DNA of 64,000 bases from Candidatus Binataceae bacterium (GTDB lineage: Bacteria > Desulfobacterota > Binatia > Binatales > Binataceae), in contig DASXMJ010000090.1 of the NCBI GenBank assembly GCA_036495685.1, forward strand, positions 7,908 to 71,907, in the 5' to 3' direction. A program made the position numbers and the translations under genes. Under the pieces are notes generated by a model. It was not told the DNA's origin. It worked only from the letters and a program-made list of their open reading frames with translations, and searched no databases. Of the stretch, positions 49,261 to 58,801 are shown one piece after another (positions within the stretch are counted from its first letter, which is position 1; each line of letters begins with the position of its first letter).

Positions 49261-50184
49261 ATGGAGATAATTCGCGATCTGGAGCGGCTCACGCGCCACT
49301 CTCACCCCGTGGTCACGCCCGGCAACTTCGATGGGGTGCATCTGGGCCATCGGGCGATCCTGAAGGCCACCATCGATCGTGCTCGCGCCGCGGGGGGCAC
49401 CGCCTTTGCGCTCACTTACGAACCGCTACCCCAAAAATTCCTATTCCCGGAGCGTGCTCCGCAGCTAATCCTGGCGCCGCCGGACAAGTTGGAACTGCTG
49501 CGCCTGTCGGGACTCGATGGTGTGATCGTGCTGGAATTCAACTTGCGACTTAGCGAGGTGGAGCCGCGCGATTTCGTGCGCGAGTACCTGCTGGGGAAAA
49601 TCGGCGCACGCGAAGTGATCATCGGTCACAGCGTCAATTTCGGCCATAAGCGCGCCGGGAACGCAGCGGTGATGGTCGAACTGGGGCACGAGCTGGGATT
49701 TGACACCGCGGTGGTCGGACCCGTCAGAGTCGGTGGGACGGAAGTCAGCTCGACCAAGATTCGCGAGCTCATCTCGGGCGGCGATTTGCGCGGCGCCTCC
49801 GAGCTGCTGGGCCGGTATCACTTCCTGCACGGTCCGGTCGTGCATGGGCGTGAGCGCGGGCGCACGATCGGCTTTCCAACCGCAAACATCGAGAGCGACA
49901 CCGAATGCATCCCGCCCGATGGGGTTTACGCGACCAGGGTGGTGCTGGACGACGGTGCGTTCGGCTCGATAACCAACATCGGAATGCGCCCGACATTTAA
50001 CGAAGGGGTACGTTCGGTCGAGGCGCACATCTTCGACTTCAGTCGCGACATATACGGTCAGCGCGTGAAGCTGGAGCTAATCGAACGCATCCGGGGCGAG
50101 AGGAAATTCGCGAGCGGTGACGCCCTGCGCAGTCAGATCGCTATCGATTTAACCAGGGCCAGGCAAATTCTGGCCACGGTCTAA
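49261..50184 (+). CDS. ribF: Bifunctional riboflavin kinase/FAD synthetase
   Basis: GNFDGVHLGH, VSSTKIR, GRTIGFPTAN, GMRPTF, VEAHIFDF. Confidence 0.95.
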   Translation: MEIIRDLERLTRHSHPVVTPGNFDGVHLGHRAILKATIDRARAAGGTAFALTYEPLPQKFLFPERAPQLILAPPDKLELLRLSGLDGVIVLEFNLRLSEVEPRDFVREYLLGKIGAREVIIGHSVNFGHKRAGNAAVMVELGHELGFDTAVVGPVRVGGTEVSSTKIRELISGGDLRGASELLGRYHFLHGPVVHGRERGRTIGFPTANIESDTECIPPDGVYATRVVLDDGAFGSITNIGMRPTFNEGVRSVEAHIFDFSRDIYGQRVKLELIERIRGERKFASGDALRSQIAIDLTRARQILATV

Positions 50185-50424
50185 AGCGGTTCCCTGGCCT
50201 TTCCTTTCACTGGCCTTATAGCCGGCGGGAGAGTGCGAAGTGCGGATTCGGAATTGCGACCCAAGCGGTAGCCTGGGCGCAATTGTTTGGTCGCCCTGCG
50301 CACCCCAGCACATTGGAGATCGGAAATCTTAGCGACTGATGAAGACAGCGCACGGTGCTTGCTTGGATTTCCCTACCGCCCGCCTCTTGGACAAGACGCG
50401 GGACTACGCGCTACGGATGGCGTT

Positions 50425-51558
50425 ATGGCTGAGCAACGCTTTTCCGTAATTACCGAGAAGGGGATGTCCGACCTGCGCAAGCTCGTCGGCGTACCGGTTC
50501 AAGACTCGCTTGAGCCGTGGTGTTACGAGGCGACTCGCGACAATATCCGCCACTGGGCCCACGGCATCGGTGACGACAATCCGCTGTGGTGCGACCCGGC
50601 ATATGCCGGGAATACCGGCTACGGCCGGCTGGTAGCGCCGCCCTCTTTTATTTTTCCGCTCAACCGCTCCTTCAGCGGCTATGTCGCTGGATTGCCGGGA
50701 ATCCATGCGATGTTCGCAGGCATCGATGTAACCTGGCACCATCCGATGCTGCTCGGCGACGAGTTCACGACCAAGGTATGGCTCAAGGAACTCGTAGAGC
50801 ATCAGACGCGATTCGCCGGTCGCTCCATTCAACAGATCTATCGGTGTGAGTTCTACAACCAGAATCGGCAGCTGGTCGCCGAAGGCGATAGCTGGTGTTT
50901 TCGCACCGAACGTGACACCGCGCGCGAACAAGGCACCAAGTACGAGGCGGTGAAGAAGAAGGCGGCGGTGCACTACACCCGCGACGAGCTCGCGAAAATT
51001 TTCGCGCTCTACGCCGCCGAGCAAATCCGGGGTGCCGAGCCGCGTTACGTCGAAGACGTGCACGTCGGCGACCAGCTGCCGAGGATGGTCAAGGGGCCGA
51101 TGACCGTCACCGGCTTTATCGCGTTCGCGCAGGGCTGGGGCGGCCTCTACATCCGCGCCAACAAACTTGCGTGGAAGCAACTCCAGAAGCATCCGGGGCT
51201 GGGCATCGCGAATCGGTTTGGCATTCCCGACGTACCCGAACGGGTTCATTGGGACGACGACCTGGCAGCACTAGTAGGCACCCCTGCGGCATATGACTAC
51301 GGCCCCGAGCGGTGCTCGTGGATGGCGCACCATCTGACCAACTGGATGGGCGACGACGGTTCCCTGCGCCATCTGCACGTCGAGATTCGCCGCCACAATC
51401 CCGTCGGCGACACGCTCTACATCGATGGCGAAGTATCGCGGTCCTTTGCGGAGAACGGCGCGCACTATGTGGAGATCAAACAGAAGGCGGTGAATCAAGA
51501 CAGCGAACTGTCGGTGCTGGCCACCGGCATCGTCCGGCTATCATCTCGCACAGCATGA
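50425..51558 (+). CDS. Double hot-dog (tandem MaoC-like) acyl-CoA dehydratase
   Basis: WAHGIGDDNPLW, LVAPP; second domain DVHVGDQLP..KGP, AYDYGPER. Confidence 0.8.
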   Translation: MAEQRFSVITEKGMSDLRKLVGVPVQDSLEPWCYEATRDNIRHWAHGIGDDNPLWCDPAYAGNTGYGRLVAPPSFIFPLNRSFSGYVAGLPGIHAMFAGIDVTWHHPMLLGDEFTTKVWLKELVEHQTRFAGRSIQQIYRCEFYNQNRQLVAEGDSWCFRTERDTAREQGTKYEAVKKKAAVHYTRDELAKIFALYAAEQIRGAEPRYVEDVHVGDQLPRMVKGPMTVTGFIAFAQGWGGLYIRANKLAWKQLQKHPGLGIANRFGIPDVPERVHWDDDLAALVGTPAAYDYGPERCSWMAHHLTNWMGDDGSLRHLHVEIRRHNPVGDTLYIDGEVSRSFAENGAHYVEIKQKAVNQDSELSVLATGIVRLSSRTA

Positions 51559-51601
51559 GTTTTGAGGTCGGCCGGCTGCGCGCGAACTGGGCGCAGCACG
51601 T

Positions 51602-53473
51602 TCAGAGCTTCGTGAAACCGTCGCGGCTCCACTGCTCGGAACCAACGCCGTTATGGACGATGAAAAGCCCATCGGGGTCGTACTTCCGTTTTATTTCAGC
51701 CAATCGCGGGTAGTTGCCTCCCCAATACGATTGCTGCCATCCCTTCTCGAAATAGTTGCTCTCGCTCACGTACGCTCCGGTTTCTCCGCTGACCGCGCGA
51801 AGTTCATTAACGCACCGATCGATGCGCTCCGCTGCCCTTCGGCCTTCGTCAACCGACGGCTCGTGCCCGGGAATTCCAGGATACGCTGGCCCCTGCCCGT
51901 CGGCCGCAATCACCAGCGCGAAAGCGCTCAGAACCGCAGGATTGGTCGCCGTGTCCTTGGCCGCGGCGATCGCCTCGGGCGGTGCTCCCCCGAGCCCCTT
52001 ATTGAAGTGCAGTTCCAGACCCGAATGTCGGGAGGCGGCGAATAGTGCGTCGGCTAGCCGCTGCTGCGATCTGCTATCAAGCAGCGATTCGGGCAGCCAT
52101 AGCGATTCGTATGCCCATATGTACCAACCACACTCGCCCGTGTTGCCCTTCCACCATGCGTTGTTCGATCCCGCGCCAGGCCGATTGTCATAGTCCAAAA
52201 TAGGTTGAGAAATCAGGTGGAGGAGCACGTCGTCGAGCAGCGCGTGCACCGGATTGCCGTTTCGAGGGAGAATTACTTCGGGCCAATGTTCTTTCCACCA
52301 CGCTACGTCCCAGAAATGCCGCGCTGGAATACTTCCAATCGTCACCGGCCATTTGACGGAATAGTCGTTGGAACGCTTGACCCAGTCGAGGAACGGTTGC
52401 CAGACCTTCTTTGGTTGCTCGGCGTCCAATCCATGAGAGAGCATCGCGATTTCGAAGGTGTTGTCGGGACGCATGCGCGCCTGCTCACCCCAGTGATCGT
52501 TGAAAAGGTTCTCGCTGTAGAAACTCACAAACTGACGGATGAGCCGCCGATAAGCATCGTCTGACGCCGCCGTGATTTTGAAGTTGACGGTTCCGAAGTA
52601 CTCGGGAAGATCGTGGGCTCGCACCGTCAACCTGCTTACGGCCCCGAAGGTGCCGCCGCCACCACCCTTGAGTGCCCAGAACAGGTCGGGATTGGTGCAT
52701 GCGTTTGCGATTCGAATTTGGCCGTCGGAGGTTACGACCTCGGCTTCGAGCAAGCTTCCGGCGGCAGTGCCGTAGTGCTTCGAAAAACTCCCGAAGCCAC
52801 CGCCCTGGATTAGGCCCGCCAGTCCGACAGTCAGGCATCCACCGCCCTGGACGTACTTCCCTCCTTTACTGATAACCGCATCGTACGCCTGAATCCCGAT
52901 CGTGCCGGCACCGAGGGTCACCGCAGGTTGAGGCTTGAGCGTATGCTCGCATCCCTGCGGTACGAATGCGTCATGCATCTTGATCTCATGCATGTGGCGC
53001 GTCCAGATGAGGAGCGATTCGGGCGCGTTGGATGTGCCCTGGTAGCTATGGCCGCCCCCCTTGATCGCGAGCCGCAAATTGTTTTCGCGAGCGAAATTGA
53101 CGGCGGCGGCGATATCCTGCGCATTTCGCGCCGCGAGGGCGTAAACACTTGGTTTAGTCTCCCACGCATCGACCCATCCTAGTGTTTCCGTGAGGCCGGC
53201 TTGGTCACCGATGTAATACGGATTCTTGAGATTCTTCAGAAAAGCCTTTGCGGCATCACTGTCCGGATTGTTTTTGAGTATCGAGAGGGGAAAGTCGATC
53301 GGAATAAGATTTCCGCCGACGGTTTCGTTAAGCTGCTTCCATGCGGTCTGCGACGGCCACGCCGCATCACTCGGACGGTAACGGCTGGATGGCGCCGCCG
53401 CCCGCACCCCTGGCGGCATCATCGTGAGCAAGGCAGCCGCACCCGACGCTTTGAGGAATGTTCTTCTGTTCAT
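51602..53473 (-). CDS. Tat-exported FAD-linked oxidase, VAO/BBE family (copy 1)
   Basis: NRRTFLK Tat signal, KGGGHSY, QGGGCLTVG, DLFWALKGGGG, C-terminal YWG.NYPRL..IK.KYDP. Confidence 0.9.
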   Translation of the reverse strand: MNRRTFLKASGAAALLTMMPPGVRAAAPSSRYRPSDAAWPSQTAWKQLNETVGGNLIPIDFPLSILKNNPDSDAAKAFLKNLKNPYYIGDQAGLTETLGWVDAWETKPSVYALAARNAQDIAAAVNFARENNLRLAIKGGGHSYQGTSNAPESLLIWTRHMHEIKMHDAFVPQGCEHTLKPQPAVTLGAGTIGIQAYDAVISKGGKYVQGGGCLTVGLAGLIQGGGFGSFSKHYGTAAGSLLEAEVVTSDGQIRIANACTNPDLFWALKGGGGGTFGAVSRLTVRAHDLPEYFGTVNFKITAASDDAYRRLIRQFVSFYSENLFNDHWGEQARMRPDNTFEIAMLSHGLDAEQPKKVWQPFLDWVKRSNDYSVKWPVTIGSIPARHFWDVAWWKEHWPEVILPRNGNPVHALLDDVLLHLISQPILDYDNRPGAGSNNAWWKGNTGECGWYIWAYESLWLPESLLDSRSQQRLADALFAASRHSGLELHFNKGLGGAPPEAIAAAKDTATNPAVLSAFALVIAADGQGPAYPGIPGHEPSVDEGRRAAERIDRCVNELRAVSGETGAYVSESNYFEKGWQQSYWGGNYPRLAEIKRKYDPDGLFIVHNGVGSEQWSRDGFTKL

Positions 53474-53560
53474 CTAACCCGCCTCAGAAATCATTCCAAT
53501 GCGATGTCGACCATCTCACGTCATCGCACTCGTGGTGCGGCACGTTGGCATAGCTCGAAA

Positions 53561-54047
53561 TGTATCTTACCCACGATGGTCGTTATACCCGCGGGTAGTT
53601 TTCTGATCGGGGATAGCGTCTACGGGCGTCCGCCACATCGGGTTAAGATCAAGACCCCTTTTGCGGTTGCCAAGGACCTGGTCACGCGACAGGAATATCA
53701 GGTGTTTGTGACTGACACTGGATATTCCGCCGATCGGTCGTGGCAATCTATCGACAAGAAAAGTGACGATCCTGTAGTGAATGTAGACTGGGACGACGCG
53801 CAGGCTTATGTGCAATGGCTAAGCGCGAAAACGAACCACCGGTATCGACTCCTCTCCGAATCAGAATACGAATACGCGGAACGAGCCGGATCGACGACGT
53901 TTTTCTGGTGGGGCGATGAAGCAGCGGCGGTCTGCCTCTACGCGAACTATCACAATTGCAGTAGCGGACCGGAGCGTGTAGGCGCATACCGCCCCAATGC
54001 GTTCGGCCTCGACGATATGACCGGAACCACATTCGAGTGGGTGGAAG
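53561..54047 (+). pseudogene. Truncated formylglycine-generating enzyme (FGE-sulfatase/SUMF1) domain remnant
   Basis: MVVIPAG, PVVNVDWDDAQAY..WLS, YRLLSESEYEYA.RAG, PNAFGL.DM.G..FEW; breaks off where the ABC gene ends. Confidence 0.7.
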
Positions 54048-54050
54048 CGG

Positions 54051-55757
54051 CTATGCTGCCGTTTGCACCTCGAAGTCGTCACTTGCTCCAATCTTCCACT
54101 CGCGATCGGGCGAGAGTTGCAGGACGTTGCGATGGAACTTCAGAAGAGTGGGACGATGACCCGAGCTCAGGAATGGAATCGCCTGTTTGCTCAACAACTC
54201 ATACATCAACTGTTCGTTTGCGACGTCAAGCGCGCTGGTCGCTTCGTCCAGGAACGCAAATCGTGGGCGATTCAGAAGCAGACGCGCGAATGCGAGCCGC
54301 TGCTGCTCACCCGGCGACAGTACATCCGCCCAATGCATCTCCGCGTCGAGCCCGCCGAATCGCTCGGGCAGATTCGACAGATTCACCGTTCGCAGCATCT
54401 CATAAAGTTGTTCGTCGCTCTTTCCAGAAGCTTTTGGATAGGTGAGCTGATCGCGCAGCGAGCCTAACACCATGTAAGGACGCTGCGGCAGAAACATAAC
54501 GTCGGCGAGCGGGGGGCGAGTAACAGTGCCGCTTCCTTCGCGCCAGATTCCCGCCAACGCGCGCATCAGCGAAGTCTTGCCGGTTCCGCTGGGCCCCTGA
54601 ACCAGCACCGGCTCGAGCGCGCTCACGTCCACGTTCAGGTCCTGGATCAGCGTCCTGCCGCCATCGGGAGTCATCACGGTCAGCTGGTCGAGCTCCACGC
54701 CGGGTCCGTCGGCAATTTCGATCATTTTGTGATCACCATCGGCGTCGAATTTACGCGCGGCGTCCGCCTCCTCGAGATATTCGCCCAGGCGGACCACGAC
54801 GTTTGCGTAATTGGTAATGTCCACAAAGTTGGTCACGATGATCGACAGCGCCGTGTGCAGCGCCGCGAAGGCGGCGGCGGCTTGCGGCACCTGTCCGAAC
54901 TGGATCCGGCCCGCGACATAGGCCGCGGCCAGGAATAAAGTCGGAACCAGCACGGCCAGGCCGCCGTACGAATCGGTCAGAAATCCGAGATTGCGCTTCC
55001 ACAGGATCAGGTCCTTGAAGTTTCTGACCACCGCCGCGAACCGGTGGCGCAACTGATCCGATTCGTGCCGCTCGCCGCCGTACATGAAGATCGGCTCGAT
55101 ATTGTCGCGCACGTGAACCAGGCCGAAGCGGAAATCCCCCTGGTACCTTTCCTGGAAATAGTTGAGACCGATGAGCCGCCGTCCTATGACTACCGAGAAG
55201 TAGGTGCCCGCGATCGCATAGGCAATCAGGAACAGCGCAAGCGACGATGAGATCGACCACAGGATCGCGAAGTACGTAGCTACCCCGGCGATCGCAAACA
55301 CCAGCGGAACTGTGAGCCGTTCGGTCCATTCGACGAACGAGCCGATATCGTCGGCGATTCGCTGGTCGGGATTATCGACCTTGCCGACCAGACTCATGCG
55401 GTAGAACGCACGATGCGCAAATCCCTGGTCCACGAAATAATGCGTGAGCCATTCGCGCCACTCGATATACAGCAGGCCGCCCGTGTATTCCTCAAAGACT
55501 TTTGCGAACGCACCGGCTATCGTCGCCGCCACGGCCAGCAACATTAAGTGGTAAAAGGGGATCAGGTGCTTCCCCAGCAGCGCGTTGGTGACGTCCCGGC
55601 TCAGGTACGTCCCGTATGCGCCGAGCGCGAGTCCTATCGCCCCGAGCCCCCCGACACACATCAGCAGCTTCACGCCGCGACGCCGATCCCTCGATACCCA
55701 ATAGAGTCTGACCAGTGACCAGACTCGCTTCCAGAAAGTCCTGTCAAACCTGTTCAA
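54051..55757 (-). CDS. ABC transporter permease/ATPase fusion, BclA/Rv1819c/YddA (ABCD-like) family
   Basis: DNPDQRI, RFGLVHVRDNIE, GPSGTGKT, FLPQRPY, WADVLSPGEQQRLAFARLL, LDEATSALD. Confidence 0.9.
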   Translation of the reverse strand: MNRFDRTFWKRVWSLVRLYWVSRDRRRGVKLLMCVGGLGAIGLALGAYGTYLSRDVTNALLGKHLIPFYHLMLLAVAATIAGAFAKVFEEYTGGLLYIEWREWLTHYFVDQGFAHRAFYRMSLVGKVDNPDQRIADDIGSFVEWTERLTVPLVFAIAGVATYFAILWSISSSLALFLIAYAIAGTYFSVVIGRRLIGLNYFQERYQGDFRFGLVHVRDNIEPIFMYGGERHESDQLRHRFAAVVRNFKDLILWKRNLGFLTDSYGGLAVLVPTLFLAAAYVAGRIQFGQVPQAAAAFAALHTALSIIVTNFVDITNYANVVVRLGEYLEEADAARKFDADGDHKMIEIADGPGVELDQLTVMTPDGGRTLIQDLNVDVSALEPVLVQGPSGTGKTSLMRALAGIWREGSGTVTRPPLADVMFLPQRPYMVLGSLRDQLTYPKASGKSDEQLYEMLRTVNLSNLPERFGGLDAEMHWADVLSPGEQQRLAFARLLLNRPRFAFLDEATSALDVANEQLMYELLSKQAIPFLSSGHRPTLLKFHRNVLQLSPDREWKIGASDDFEVQTAA

Positions 55758-55815
55758 TGACCTTCCCTCGCGATGGGGTGCTCTTCAGCAAGCGGTATGC
55801 CGATCAGATTCAAAC

Positions 55816-57696
55816 TTACAGCTTGGTGAATCCGTCGCGGCTCCACTGTTCGGAGCCGACTCCATTGTGAACGAAGAATAGCCCGTCTGGATCGTACTTA
55901 GCTTTGAGCTGAGCGAGCCGCGGATGATTGCTGCCCCAGTACGCTTGCTGCCAATCCTTCTCGAAGTAATTGCTCTCGCTCCAGTAAGCTCCGGTCGCCC
56001 CGGTCACGGCGCGTAGCTGATCGACACAATCATCAACGCGCTTTCGAGCGGCGCGCCCCTGCGCAACTTCAGGCTCGTGACCCGGAATTCCAGGATAGGC
56101 TGAGCCCTGCGCGTCACCGACGATCGCGAGCGCAAATGCGTCCAGCACCGCGGGATTGGTTGCTGTATCCTTTGCAGCTGCGATCACGTCCGGTGGCGCT
56201 CCCGCGAGTCCCTTATTGCAATGCAACTCGAGACCTGAATGGCGCGAGGCCGCAAACAAGGCGTCGGCGAGATGCTGCTGCGAGTTGCCCTCGAGCAGCG
56301 CGCCTGGAATCCATAGCGACTCCATTCCCCAGAGGTACCAACCGCACTGACCGGCATCGCCTTGCCACCACGCGTTACTCGGATTCGCACCCGGCCGCTC
56401 GTCGAGCTTGAAGACTGGTTGCGGAATGACGTCAACCAGGACACGATCGAGAAGACCGCTCAACATTCCTGTATTGGGGATTGCGATCTCGGGCCAATGC
56501 TCCTTCCACCAGTCGACATCCCACCAACGTTGAGCCGGCACGGTTCCGATCACAACTCGTCCTTGGAACGAATAGTCACTCGATGAACTCTTCAGCCATT
56601 CGAGAAACGGCTGCCACACCTTGTTCGCCTCGGCTCGGTCAAGTCCCTGCGAGGACATGTTGATCTCAAATACGTTGTCCGGCCGGAAGCGCGCCTGCTC
56701 TCCCCAATGATCGTTGAAGAGATTCTCTTTGTAGAAGCTCACAAACTGGCGGATAAGCCGCCGATAGGCATCGTCCGAAGAGACCTTGACTTTGAAGTTG
56801 GCCCCGCCGAAGTGCTCGGGAAGATCGTGAACGCGCAGCGTCACCTTGCTAATCACCCCGTAGCTTCCGCCACCGCCGCCTTTCAACGCCCAGAACAGAT
56901 CGGGATTATTGGTTGCGTTGGCAATTCGAATCTGGCCGTCCGCCGTGACGACCTCGGCCTCGAGCAGGCCCGCGGCTGCCGTGCCATAGTGTTTCGAATA
57001 GCTTCCAAAGCCACCGCTCTGGATGAGGCCCGCGACACCTACCGTTGTACATCCTCCGCCCTGGACATACTTCCCGCCCTTGGTGGTGACCGCCTGATAC
57101 GCCTGCATCCAGATCGTTCCTGCGCCGAGCGTGACCGCGGGCTGTGGCTTCAGAGTCTGTTCACATCCCTGCGGCACGAACGCGTCATGCATCTCGATAT
57201 CGTGCATGTGCCGCGTCCAGATGAGCAGTGAGTCGGCCGCGTTGGACGTCCCCTGGTAGCTATGCCCCCCGCCTTTGACCGCGAGGCGCAGATTGTTGTC
57301 GCGCGCGAATTTAACCGCCGCCGCGATGTCTTCAGCGTTCCTCGCCGCGACTGCGTAAACACTTGGTTTGGTGTCCCACGCATCGACCCAACCGAGTGAC
57401 TGAGTAAGCCCCGGCTGATCGCCGATAAAAAAAGGATTCTTCAGATTCTTCCAAAGCTGCTTGGCTGCGTCGCTGTCCGGATCCTTCTGAAGGATCGAAA
57501 TCGGAAAATCGACGGGAATAAGATTGCCGCCGACCGTTTCGTCAAGCTGCTTCCACGCGGTCTTAGAGGGCCACGCCGGATCCCTAGGACGAACTCGCGT
57601 GAAGTTTGTGTTCGTAGCCGCCGATAGTGGATGCGGCAGGATAGGCAGCAGCGCCGCTGATCCGATTGCTTTGAGGAATGCTCTTCTATTCATCAA
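55816..57696 (-). CDS. Tat-exported FAD-linked oxidase, VAO/BBE family (copy 2)
   Basis: NRRAFLK Tat signal, KGGGHSY, QGGGCTTVG, identical C-terminus HNGVGSEQWSRDGFTKL to copy 1. Confidence 0.9.
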   Translation of the reverse strand: MMNRRAFLKAIGSAALLPILPHPLSAATNTNFTRVRPRDPAWPSKTAWKQLDETVGGNLIPVDFPISILQKDPDSDAAKQLWKNLKNPFFIGDQPGLTQSLGWVDAWDTKPSVYAVAARNAEDIAAAVKFARDNNLRLAVKGGGHSYQGTSNAADSLLIWTRHMHDIEMHDAFVPQGCEQTLKPQPAVTLGAGTIWMQAYQAVTTKGGKYVQGGGCTTVGVAGLIQSGGFGSYSKHYGTAAAGLLEAEVVTADGQIRIANATNNPDLFWALKGGGGGSYGVISKVTLRVHDLPEHFGGANFKVKVSSDDAYRRLIRQFVSFYKENLFNDHWGEQARFRPDNVFEINMSSQGLDRAEANKVWQPFLEWLKSSSSDYSFQGRVVIGTVPAQRWWDVDWWKEHWPEIAIPNTGMLSGLLDRVLVDVIPQPVFKLDERPGANPSNAWWQGDAGQCGWYLWGMESLWIPGALLEGNSQQHLADALFAASRHSGLELHCNKGLAGAPPDVIAAAKDTATNPAVLDAFALAIVGDAQGSAYPGIPGHEPEVAQGRAARKRVDDCVDQLRAVTGATGAYWSESNYFEKDWQQAYWGSNHPRLAQLKAKYDPDGLFFVHNGVGSEQWSRDGFTKL

Positions 57697-57714
57697 TGAC
57701 CCTTCCGCGCAGTC

Positions 57715-58797
57715 TCACCGCGACAACTGCGGGCGGAGGCGGACAATGCCGAACATTGCGATAACCACCGCAAAGGCGAAGACCATCGCTGCGTCCGGAA
57801 CCACTTCGAACGCTGTCGCATGATCGAAAATCAAACCCAGATATGCGTCCATCGCCCACGATGCCGGAGACAGATGTGCAAGAGTTTTCATGAATGGCGG
57901 CACCACTTCGAGCGGCCACATGCATCCCCCCAGCATTCCGAGTGCCACCCCGATCCATGGTCCGAGTGAAGTCGCTTGCTGCGGAGTGCGGAACACCGTT
58001 CCCATCAACAATACGATCGCAACCCCCAGCGAGGTGACCGCCGCCGTGATCAACAACAGCCCCAGCGTATCGCCCCAGTGAACGCCGAAGAAAAACCTCG
58101 CGCTGAGAATCACGAACACCGCCTGCGCGATCATTTGCTGCGCCGGTCCGACCGCGAGCATCGCAAAGAGTTCCCAGGTGCGCCTAGGCGCGGCCAAAAG
58201 TCGGCGCGAAATTCCTCGTTCGCGAAGCTGGAGAATGGTAAGCGCCGACACGAAGCCGTTGATCATCACGAACAGCACCAGGTTCGCGGGGGCGGTGTAC
58301 GCGAATCCCAGTCGAGGAGAACCAGCGTGCCCTCCCGCTGGATACCGAACCCGAGCATCGAGCGGTTTGCCACCGTGCGCCATCGCGCTCAGTTCGGCAT
58401 CGATACCAACGCGCACGATGGTTGAGGTACTGCTGGCGCTGGAGAAGTACACAGGCAGGTTTCGCTCACCGTGCCATCCGGGTGGAATCAGGATTCCCGC
58501 GTTCATTCTGCCCCGGAACACTGCCATCCGAAGCCGGTCCTGATCGGTATATTCACGAATGCGAAACTGCTCGTTTGCTACCAGCGCTTGAGCTAGCGCG
58601 CGGCTTTCCCGGGTGTGCGCGCGATCGATTATCCCGACCGCGAACGATTGGCTGCTGTAGCCGCCCATTGCGAATCCCACGATTGCCATCACCGTCACCG
58701 GCACCAGGAACAGCGCCGTGAGCCGGCGGCGATCGCGGCTTACTCCGGCACCGCTGGCGGAAGCAGCGCCGAAGATGACATTCCAGCTGTGCGGCAT
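57715..58797 (-). CDS. ABC-2 type exporter permease
   Basis: TM, extracellular domain, ERGISRRLLAAP, LGGCMWP, SPASWA. Confidence 0.88.
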   Translation of the reverse strand: MPHSWNVIFGAASASGAGVSRDRRRLTALFLVPVTVMAIVGFAMGGYSSQSFAVGIIDRAHTRESRALAQALVANEQFRIREYTDQDRLRMAVFRGRMNAGILIPPGWHGERNLPVYFSSASSTSTIVRVGIDAELSAMAHGGKPLDARVRYPAGGHAGSPRLGFAYTAPANLVLFVMINGFVSALTILQLRERGISRRLLAAPRRTWELFAMLAVGPAQQMIAQAVFVILSARFFFGVHWGDTLGLLLITAAVTSLGVAIVLLMGTVFRTPQQATSLGPWIGVALGMLGGCMWPLEVVPPFMKTLAHLSPASWAMDAYLGLIFDHATAFEVVPDAAMVFAFAVVIAMFGIVRLRPQLSR

Positions 58798-58801
58798 CGG
58801 G

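Noticed and set aside
53201-54445. 414-aa plus-strand ORF as a real gene
   Set aside because: Only 53561-54047 is FGE-like; the flanks are antisense to the oxidase and ABC genes
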